Source of the DNA: Bugula neritina
Taxonomy: Eukaryota > Animalia > Bryozoa
Length of the DNA: 64,000 nt
Assembly: GCA_964035545.1 (NCBI GenBank)
Contig: OZ037770.1
Coordinates: 5,156,729-5,220,728 of the forward strand
Direction: 5' to 3'
Shown piece after piece: positions 55,926 to 64,000 of the stretch. The translations under genes were made by a program, and so were the position numbers. Numbering within the stretch: position 1 is the stretch's first letter; every line of letters begins with the position of its first letter. The notes beneath the pieces were generated by a model, which searched no databases, was not told the origin of the DNA, and was given only the letters and a program-made list of their open reading frames with translations.

Positions 55926-56821
55926 TGAGTCTTGTGTATATATTTGGAGGAACGTCAAACGACGTAATTAATAAAATAAATGACGATTTCGTTTTATGAG
56001 ACGGTAGTAATACGCTTACGGGTACTTTGGATATGGGCGTTAATAAAATATCTAGAGTCGTTGATCCCGTTGACGATCAAGACGCGGCTACAAAAAAATA
56101 CGTTGATGACGCGAGTATACCAAAAATACGAAACCCTAATTAAAAATTAGTCGTATCAAATGAAGAAGGTAATGTTGTAAATAGCAGCTTAAGCGTTAAC
56201 GATGTCGTTAAGAAATCGTCTAGTTACGCTATGCCTATTATACGAAACCCTATTAACCAATTAACCATATCAACTGACGCCGGTTACGTTATAGATAGCT
56301 ATTTAAAAGTTGACGATGTTATTACGAAAACTAATGTATCTAATCACGCTATGCCTCTTATACAAAATCTAACAAATAAATTAACCGCGTCGACAGATAT
56401 CGGTATCGTTGTTGACAGTAAGTATTAGTAAGTATAAGTATTAGCGAATATAGATAAACACGCTATTATACCCCTTATAAATAATCCTAATAATAAATTA
56501 ACCGTATCGACTAATACTGGTAGCGTTGAAGATAGTAATTTAAGCGTTAGCGACGTTATTATGACTAGTAATATAAATAATTTCGCTATGCCTAAAATAC
56601 AACCGTCAATCGGAGGTAAATTACTAATGCTTTCGAACGATGGTAATATCGTAGAAACGGGTATAAATATTACCAATATTATTACGATAAATAATATATC
56701 GGGTTACGCTATTTCTAAATTACAAGGAGCGGTTGGTAATAAATTAGTAATATTAACGAGCGATGGTGATATAATAGAATCTACCGAATCTCAACCCGTA
56801 TTTTTGAGTTATAACGTTTAA
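55925..56821 (+). pseudogene. Fibre/spike-like protein with about six ~40-aa repeats, disrupted
   Basis: MSLVYIFGG start; LDMGVNKISRVVDPVDDQDAATKKYVD stalk motif typical of viral fibres; ~120-bp repeat units (YAMPxIxN..NxLT.ST..G.V.DS). Confidence 0.7.
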
Positions 56822-57310
56822 ACACTTTTGTAATAACCTGACGGATTTATTACTTTAGATCTTTCTTCCTCGAAGGTAAAGGCACGGGCTAAACGAGTTT
56901 TATATACCATAATAAATTTTTATATGCTAAGAATATAAGAAAAATTTTATGTCCCAAGTCTCATGCCTTTCTATTAAAAGTTGTTTCGTGCACCAAAATA
57001 GGGGTGGCCCAGAAAAAAGTGTCCCAGGATCAACCACTCTGTACTACTGCCATTGTATATCCTTATATCACAATTTTTTTTACAATTATAATAATAAAAT
57101 AGCCATCTGTAGTTTACTTGCAATCATGGAAATGACTGAATGCTTTTTAGCTTTTTGTCTTATTGACTTTGACTATCCATTACCACAATGAAAATGTATT
57201 TTGCATGGTTTACCTGGTTGAGTGCATCAAATCAATATAATCTATACGGTATATATCATTATGACACATTAGACTACATGCAACTCTATTTTTTTATGAT
57301 TATTATGCAG

Positions 57311-57448
57311 TCTGTGTCAGCTGACTCAGTTAGAGAAACTAAACATAGGATCGAATCCTCTCTACACAGTATCAGAAGTTGTGTCATCACTCACCGCACT
57401 TAAAGAGTTGAATATGGACAGATGTAACTTATCTACTCTACCTGAAAA
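57311..57448 (+). CDS. LRR exon 2: LCQLTQLEKLNIGSNPLYTVSEVVSSLTALKELNMDRCNLSTLPE
   Basis: 138 bp, AG/GT, phase 2-2. Confidence 0.9.
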
Positions 57449-57904
57449 GTTTGTGTGCCACAACAAATTTTATATATCATTTTCAACGTTCCATAATTGT
57501 TACTTTAAAGCAGAATTTCAACACAGTAAATACTACATTAAGATGTTTATACCTTTTCTCTGCAAAACTACATATGAATCTCATCGTTTCTGGGGATATT
57601 GTCAATTAGCACACTGTCTATATAAAAATTTCCTCTGCTTCACAAGTTCTTTCATTGTATTTCTTTAGCTTTTTGAATATTTCCCATGATAGGTTGATTG
57701 GGCTGCTTTTCAGAAATCGTTTTAATAACTATTTTTAATATATTATAACTATAGCTACTTCTGTACACATAATTGGTATATATTATATTATTATAGTAAC
57801 ACAGTTTTTATATTACTGTCTAATTGAATGCACAAGTGCTATATACAGTACATAATATTATCCTGATACAGTGGATTAGATATATTATGCCGTTTATATT
57901 GCAG

Positions 57905-58042
57905 TCTATGTCAGCTGACTCAGCTAGAGAAACTAGACATAAGAGGAAATCCTCTCAGCACATTACCAGAAGTTGTGTCATCACTCTCATCACTTAAGGA
58001 GTTGAATATGGAAAACTGTAAATTATCTAATCTACCTGAGAG
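57905..58042 (+). CDS. LRR exon 3: LCQLTQLEKLDIRGNPLSTLPEVVSSLSSLKELNMENCKLSNLPE
   Basis: 138 bp, AG/GT, phase 2-2. Confidence 0.9.
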
Positions 58043-58470
58043 GTTTGTGGAACACAGTCTTTCTTGTTTCAAACACTCAATAATTCACATGTTGATATAA
58101 TGCTTACCAAGTATGGGGAATTAGTATGTCACTATGTATTGCTGGAAAGCATAAAGCAATAAATTACATATTTCTTGAGACTATATGATATTAGAGCTTC
58201 TCAAAACTTGAAAATAGATATGTTTCAGTTATATGGCATTACATTTCCTATTGCTATAAAACCTTCTTCCACAAATACTATATAGCACCCACTTGTACTT
58301 CACTAGAATCTATTTCACATTAAATGTCTTTTACTTTGAATATGCCTTGGGGCAAGAAATTTGTTTTTTTTTGCATGTTATACCTGATTGAATACACAAG
58401 TATAGTAGACAGAGTACGTACTATTATCCTGGTACAGTGGATTACATAAGTTATGCACTTTATATTACAG

Positions 58471-58608
58471 TCTATGTCAGCTGAATCAGTTAGAGAAACT
58501 AAACATGAGAAGAAATCCTCTCTACACAGTACCAGAAGTTGTGTCATCACTCACATCCCTTAAGGAGTTGAATATGTGGAGCTGTAAATTATCTACTCTA
58601 TCTGAGAG
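58471..58608 (+). CDS. LRR exon 4: LCQLNQLEKLNMRRNPLYTVPEVVSSLTSLKELNMWSCKLSTLSE
   Basis: 138 bp, AG/GT, phase 2-2. Confidence 0.9.
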
Positions 58609-59055
58609 GTTTGTGGAACACAGTCTTTCTGGTTTCAAACACTCAATGATTCACATGTTGATATAATGCTTACCAAGTATTGCTAATTAGTATGTCACTA
58701 TGTATTGTTGAAAAGCATAACGCCACAAATTACATAGTTCTTGACGCTATATGATATTAGAGTTTTTGAAAATTTGAAAATAAATGTGTTTCAGTAATGT
58801 GGTATTACATTTCCTATTGCTATAAAACCTTCTTCAACAAACACTATATATAAGCATCTGATTGCAGTTTACTAGAATCTATTTTACATTAAATGCTTAT
58901 TAGCTTTCGGAACTTTACTTTGAATTTGCTTTGCATGTTGCAGTAAATTTGTTTCTTGAATATTTTACCTGATTGAATACACAAGTATAGTATACACAAT
59001 ATATAATAATATCCTGATACAGTGGATTCCATATATTATGCATTTTATATTACAG

Positions 59056-59193
59056 TCTATGCCAGCTGACTCAGTTAGAGAAACTACACATGGGATGGAA
59101 TCCTCTCAAAACAGTACCAGAAGTTGTGTCATCACTTACATCACTTAAGGAGTTGATTATGGAAATCTGTAACTTATCTACTCTACCTGAAAG
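59056..59193 (+). CDS. LRR exon 5: LCQLTQLEKLHMGWNPLKTVPEVVSSLTSLKELIMEICNLSTLPE
   Basis: 138 bp, AG/GT, phase 2-2. Confidence 0.9.
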
Positions 59194-59631
59194 GTTTGTG
59201 AAACACAGCCTTTCTTGTTTCAAACACCTCATAAGTGACATATTGATATAATGCTTACCAAGTATGGGGAATTAGTATGTCACTATGTATTGCTGGAAAG
59301 GATAAAGCTATAAATTACATATTTCTTGAGCCTATATGATATTAGAGCTTCTCAAAACTTGAAAATAGATATGTTTCAGTTATATGGCATTACATTTCCT
59401 ATTGCTATATAAACTTCTTTAACAAATACTATAACACCCACTTGTGATTTACTAGAATCTATTTTACATGAAATCCTCATTAGTTTTTGATATTTTGCTT
59501 TGAATTTGTTTTGTTGCAATAAATTTGTTTCTTGGATATTTTACCTGATTGAATACACAAGTATAGTATACACAGTATATAATAATATCCTGGTGCAGTG
59601 GATTACATTTATTATGCACTTTATACTACAG

Positions 59632-59769
59632 TCTATGTCAGCTGACTCAGTTAAAAAAGCTAAGCATAGGATTTAATCCTCTCGACACTGTACCAGAAGT
59701 TGTGTCATCACTCACATCACTTAAAGAGTTGGATATGGGGAGCTGTAGATTATCTAATCTACCTGCGAG
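59632..59769 (+). CDS. LRR exon 6: LCQLTQLKKLSIGFNPLDTVPEVVSSLTSLKELDMGSCRLSNLPA
   Basis: 138 bp, AG/GT, phase 2-2. Confidence 0.9.
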
Positions 59770-60318
59770 GTTTGTGGAACACAGTCTTTCTTGTTTCAAA
59801 CACTCAATAATTCACATGTTGATATAATGCTTACCAAGTATTGCTAATTAGTATGTCACTATGTATTGTTGAAAAGCATAAAGCTATAAATTACAATTTT
59901 CTCAAGACTATATTGTATTAGAGTTTCTCATTACTTGAAAATAAATATGTTTCAGTTATCTGGCATTACATTTCCTATTGCTATAAAACCTTCTTCAACA
60001 AATACTATAGCACCCATTTGTGGTTTAATAGAATCCATTCACATTAAATATATGTAATTCACTGTACCAGGATAATAGTACATATTACGTTTACTATACT
60101 TGTGTACTCAATTAGGTATAACATGCAAAAAAACAAATTTCTTGCACCAAGGCATATTCAAACTGAAAGACATGTCTTTTACTTTGAATATGCCTTGGCG
60201 CAAGAACTTACTTTTTTTTTGCATGTTATACCTGCTTGCTTACACAAGTATAGTAAACAGGGTACGTACTATTATCCTGATACAGTGGATTACATATAGT
60301 ATGCACTTTATATTACAG

Positions 60319-60456
60319 TCTATGTCAGCTAACTCAATTAGAGAAACTGGACATAAGATTTAATCTTCTCAACACAGTACCAGAAGTTGTGTCATCACTC
60401 ACATCCCTTAAAGAGTTGCATATGTGGAGATGTATATTATCTACTCTACCAGTGAG
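60319..60456 (+). CDS. LRR exon 7: LCQLTQLEKLDIRFNLLNTVPEVVSSLTSLKELHMWRCILSTLPV
   Basis: 138 bp, AG/GT, phase 2-2. Confidence 0.9.
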
Positions 60457-60867
60457 GTTTGTGAAACACAGTCTTTCTTGTTTTAAACACTTAATAATTC
60501 ACATATTGATACAATGTATTGCTAATTAGTATGTCACTATGCATTGTTGAAAAGCGTAACGCTATAAATTACATATTTCTTGAGCCTATATGATATTCGA
60601 GTTTTTGAAAACTTGAAAATAAATATGTTTCAGTTATCTGGCATTACATTTCCTATCGCTATAAAACCTTTTTAACAAATATTATAGCACCTACTTGTGG
60701 TTTACTATAGTGTGTATTTCTCATTAAATGGTTATTAGAGCCTTCTGTACTTTACTTTGAATATGTCTTAGCGTAATAAATTTGCTACTTGGATATTTTA
60801 CTTGATTGAATATACGGTACATGTTATGATACAGTAGACTAAATATATCACATACTTTATATTACAG

Positions 60868-61005
60868 CCTGTGTCAGCTAACTCAATTAGAGAAACTGGA
60901 CATAAGATTTAATCTTCTCAACACAGTACCAGAAGTTGTGTCATCACTCACATCACTTGAAGAGTTGAATATGTCGGAATGTAAATTATCTATTCTACCT
61001 GAGAG
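60868..61005 (+). CDS. LRR exon 8: LCQLTQLEKLDIRFNLLNTVPEVVSSLTSLEELNMSECKLSILPE
   Basis: 138 bp, AG/GT, phase 2-2. Confidence 0.9.
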
Positions 61006-61463
61006 GTTTGTGTGCCACAACAATTTTTTTATATCACATTTAACATTCAATAATTGTTATTTTAAAGCAGAATTTCAACACAATAAATACGTACTGCATT
61101 AAGATGTTTATACTTTTTCTCTGCAAAACTACATATGAATCTCACCGTTTCTGGGGATATTGTCAATTAGCACATTATCTATAAAAATTATTTCTACTTC
61201 ACAAATTATTGTATAGTATTTCTATATCTCCTTGAATATTTCCCATGATAGGTTGACTGGGCTGTTTTTCAGAAATCGTTCTAATAACTCTTTTCATTAT
61301 ATTATAATGATAGCTACTTCTGCACACATAATTGGTATATATTATATTATTATAGTAAACACAGTTTCTTATTACTGTCTAATTGAATGCACAAGTGCTA
61401 TATGCAGTACATAATATTATCCTGATACAGTGGATTACATATATTATGCACTTTATATTACAG

Positions 61464-61601
61464 TCTGTGTCAGCTGACTCAGTTAAAGAAACTAGACATA
61501 AAAGGAAATCCTCTCAACACATTACCAGAAGTTGTGTCATCACTCTCATCACTTAAGGAGTTGAATATGGAAAACTGTAAATTATCTACTCTACCTGAGA
61601 G
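61464..61601 (+). CDS. LRR exon 9: LCQLTQLKKLDIKGNPLNTLPEVVSSLSSLKELNMENCKLSTLPE
   Basis: 138 bp, AG/GT, phase 2-2. Confidence 0.9.
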
Positions 61602-62041
61602 GTTTGTGAAACACAGTCTTTCTTGTTTCAAACACTCAATAATTCACATGTTAATATAATGCTTACCATGTAAAGGGAATTAATATGTCACTATGTATTG
61701 ATAAAAAGCATAAAGCTATAAATTACATATTTCTTGAGCCTATATAATATATTGGAGTTTCTCAAAACTTGAAAATAACTATGTTTCAGTTATCTGGTAT
61801 TACATTTCCTATTGCTATAACACCTTCTTTAACAAATACTATAACACCCACTTGTAGTTTACTAGAATCGATTTCACAAGAAATGCTTCTTAGCTTTCGA
61901 CATTTTACTTTGAATTTGCTTTGTTGCAATAACTTTGTTTCTTGGATATTTTACCTGATTGAATACACAAGTATAGTATAAAGAGTACATACTATTATCC
62001 TGGTACAGTGCATTACATATATTATGCACTTTGTATTACAG

Positions 62042-62179
62042 TCTATGTCAGCTGACTCAGTTAGATAAACTAGACATACGATTTAATCCTCTCAACACAG
62101 TACCAGAAGTTGTGTCATCACTCACATCACTTAAAGAGTTGAATATGTGGAGCTGTAAAATATCTACTCTACCTGCGAG
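62042..62179 (+). CDS. LRR exon 10: LCQLTQLDKLDIRFNPLNTVPEVVSSLTSLKELNMWSCKISTLPA
   Basis: 138 bp, AG/GT, phase 2-2; matches ORF track 62031-62237. Confidence 0.9.
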
Positions 62180-62599
62180 GTTTGTGGAACACAGTCTTTC
62201 TTGTTTCAAACACTCAATAATTCACATGTTGATATAATGCTTACCAAGTATTGCTAATTAGTATGTCACTATGTATTGATGAAAAGCATAAAGCAATAAA
62301 TTACATATTTCTTGAGGCTACATGGTATTAGAGTTTTTGAGAACTTGAAAATGAATATGTTTCAGTTATCTGGCATTACATTTCCTATTGCTATAAATCT
62401 TTTTCAACAAATATTATAGCACCCAATTGTACTTTACTATAGTGCGTATTTCTCATCAAATGGTTATTAGAGCCTTCTGTATTTTACTTTGAATATGTCT
62501 TAGCGTAATAAATTTGCTATTTGGATATTTTATTTGATTGAGTATGCAGTGCATGTTATGATACAGTAGACTAGATATATCACATACTTTATATTACAG

Positions 62600-62737
62600 T
62601 CTGTGTCAGCTGACTCAGTTAGAGAAACTAAACATAGGATCGAATCCTCTCTACACAGTATCAGAAGTTGTGTCATCACTCACCGCACTTAAAGAGTTGA
62701 ATATGGACAGATGTAACTTATCTACTCTACCTGAGAG
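62600..62737 (+). CDS. LRR exon 11, near-identical to exon 2: LCQLTQLEKLNIGSNPLYTVSEVVSSLTALKELNMDRCNLSTLPE
   Basis: 138 bp, AG/GT, phase 2-2. Confidence 0.9.
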
Positions 62738-63139
62738 GTTTGTGTGCCACAACATATTTTATAACTAGTAGAGATCGACCGGTCCTGGACCACTTTTACC
62801 CCCAGTGGCTCCCCACAACTAAGTTGTGGGTCTCCACTGGGGATAAAAGTAATCCAGGACCGGTCGATCTCTACTACTTATATATATACTTTTCCTTTCA
62901 TTAACTTTTTTTTAAAAAAAGAGTGTTAAAAAACGACTTTTTTTAAATTTTTTTTAATGGTTTTTTTCAAACACTTTCCTTCTCTTTAACTTTTTTTAAA
63001 AAATAAGAGCGTATAAAAAAAAGTCGTTTTTTCAACCCTTACTTCCTCACTATTTTTTTAAATAATATTATATTTTACTATTGGTAAAAATAATAAATTA
63101 TTATACGCTAAGAATATAATAATTTAATACTAATAGTGT

Positions 63140-63661
63140 TTAATTAATACTATTATAGTAAAGTTTAAAATATACGTAATGAAAAGGTATCATGACAATA
63201 AGGGATATATTATTAGGAATATTAGTTAAAATTACGTTATCGGGTTTATGACTTTGATAATTGCTTGAAAGAGCTATTGTAAATGAAAAATTATTATTTG
63301 CATTAATAATTTTATTAATATTTATTTTACTATGCGGAACATTATGTTCGGCACCGCTAATAGTATAAAATAAATTTTCTTTAGATTCATCAAACGGATT
63401 TACGCTATTACGAATATGCAAACCTAATTTTTTATCGGTCCAATATAATATTTTATTTTTTTGGTTTGACATTTGTTCACCATAAAATTGTATTAATGCA
63501 TGCGTTATTTTTATAGGTTTATCTATTAAATAATCGTTAATTAAATCTACTGTAAAACTATTAATATTTTCGTAATAATAAAATTCATTAAAGTTTATAA
63601 AACCTGAAATAAACGCTTTATTAGTCGTTATATCGACTTTAATAAATTTATAGATATTCAT
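63140..63661 (-). CDS. Polinton accessory paralog C (173 aa)
   Basis: Intact ORF, TAAATG start; DKPIKITHALIQF, LYWTDKKL, GAEHNV, HKPDNVILT, PFHYVYFKLYY. Confidence 0.75.
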   Translation of the reverse strand: MNIYKFIKVDITTNKAFISGFINFNEFYYYENINSFTVDLINDYLIDKPIKITHALIQFYGEQMSNQKNKILYWTDKKLGLHIRNSVNPFDESKENLFYTISGAEHNVPHSKININKIINANNNFSFTIALSSNYQSHKPDNVILTNIPNNISLIVMIPFHYVYFKLYYNSIN

Positions 63662-64000
63662 TTATAATTATAATAAAGTTTTACTAATACGTAATGAAAA
63701 GGTAACGCTGCAGTGGTTATTTCGCTAGTCGGAGTGTCGGTTAAAATTACGTTACTCGGTTTATGACTAGGATAAGTTTTTGATAACGTTATTGATAGTG
63801 AAAAGTTTTTATTAGCTTCAATAATTTTATTAGCGTTTATTTCACTAAATGGAATATTGTGTTTGTTACCGCTTATATCATAAGAAGTAAGTTCACTAGC
63901 TCTACTAGGCATTTCACCACTATTTCGAACGGTTAAGCTTATTCTTTTATCAGTCCAATAAAGTTCTTTAGTACTGTGAGCTTGTTCACCGTAAAATTGT
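63658..64000 (-). CDS. Polinton accessory paralog D (5' end beyond the window)
   Basis: Open to the window edge: QFYGEQ..LYWTDKRI...HKPSNVILTD...PFHYVLVKLYY. Confidence 0.75.
   Translation of the reverse strand, partial: QFYGEQAHSTKELYWTDKRISLTVRNSGEMPSRASELTSYDISGNKHNIPFSEINANKIIEANKNFSLSITLSKTYPSHKPSNVILTDTPTSEITTAALPFHYVLVKLYYNYK

Larger units (their letters stand above)
41820..57048 (+). mobile_element. Polinton/Maverick (adintovirus-like endogenous virus), both ends intact, genes degraded
   Basis: AGTAGT...ACTACT termini; ~440-bp TIRs (41820-42260 and 56611-57048); perfect 6-bp TSD GCCATT (41814-41819, 57049-57054); hallmark genes pPolB, rve integrase, ATPase, adenain and capsid fragment. 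Confidence 0.97.
62764..64000 (-). mobile_element. Terminus of a second, distinct Polinton-like element (continues beyond the window)
   Basis: The host intron breaks off 26 nt after exon 11; an AGTAG-type end with a 115-bp hairpin follows, then CpG-containing AT-rich DNA with homologs of paralogs A/B. Confidence 0.8.

Noticed and set aside
49642-62200. RAG/RSS-like signals (CACAGT at the transposon end; CACAGTC and TACAGTG near LRR exons)
   Set aside because: No nonamer at 12/23 spacing, wrong orientation upstream of exons, and TSDs of about 3 bp rather than the 5 bp of Transib/RAG transposons.
57311-62737. CRISPR-like reading of the regularly spaced repeats
   Set aside because: Units are ~580-bp exon-plus-intron duplications with homologous rather than unique spacers, in a eukaryotic context with no cas genes.

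Overview
AT-rich, CpG-poor, repeat-dense animal (invertebrate-type) genomic DNA. Bases 1-40 kb are mostly microsatellites and transposon debris: three degraded Gypsy/Ty3 segments, CACAG-ended (CMC-like) DNA elements, piggyBac- and Harbinger-type MITEs, an RTE LINE fragment and a spliced KDZ/Zisupton-like relic. From 40.67 kb to the window end a + strand host gene is built from an N-terminal exon and at least 11 symmetric 138-bp phase-2 exons. Each exon encodes two 23-aa leucine-rich repeats with an almost invariant backbone and hypervariable predicted concave-face residues, so the gene is a candidate diversifying immune receptor. Its introns host two Polinton/Maverick (adintovirus-like) elements. 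The first has both ends intact (41820-57048, AGTAGT termini, ~440-bp TIRs, perfect GCCATT TSD) but degraded genes: ATPase, PLA2X, integrase, truncated major capsid, pPolB, adenain protease and fibre-like genes. The second is related but distinct and starts at ~62764 with a 115-bp terminal hairpin. Nearly every Polinton gene starts within the poxvirus-late-promoter motif TAAATG. All coordinates and translations were read by eye; no database searches were run.
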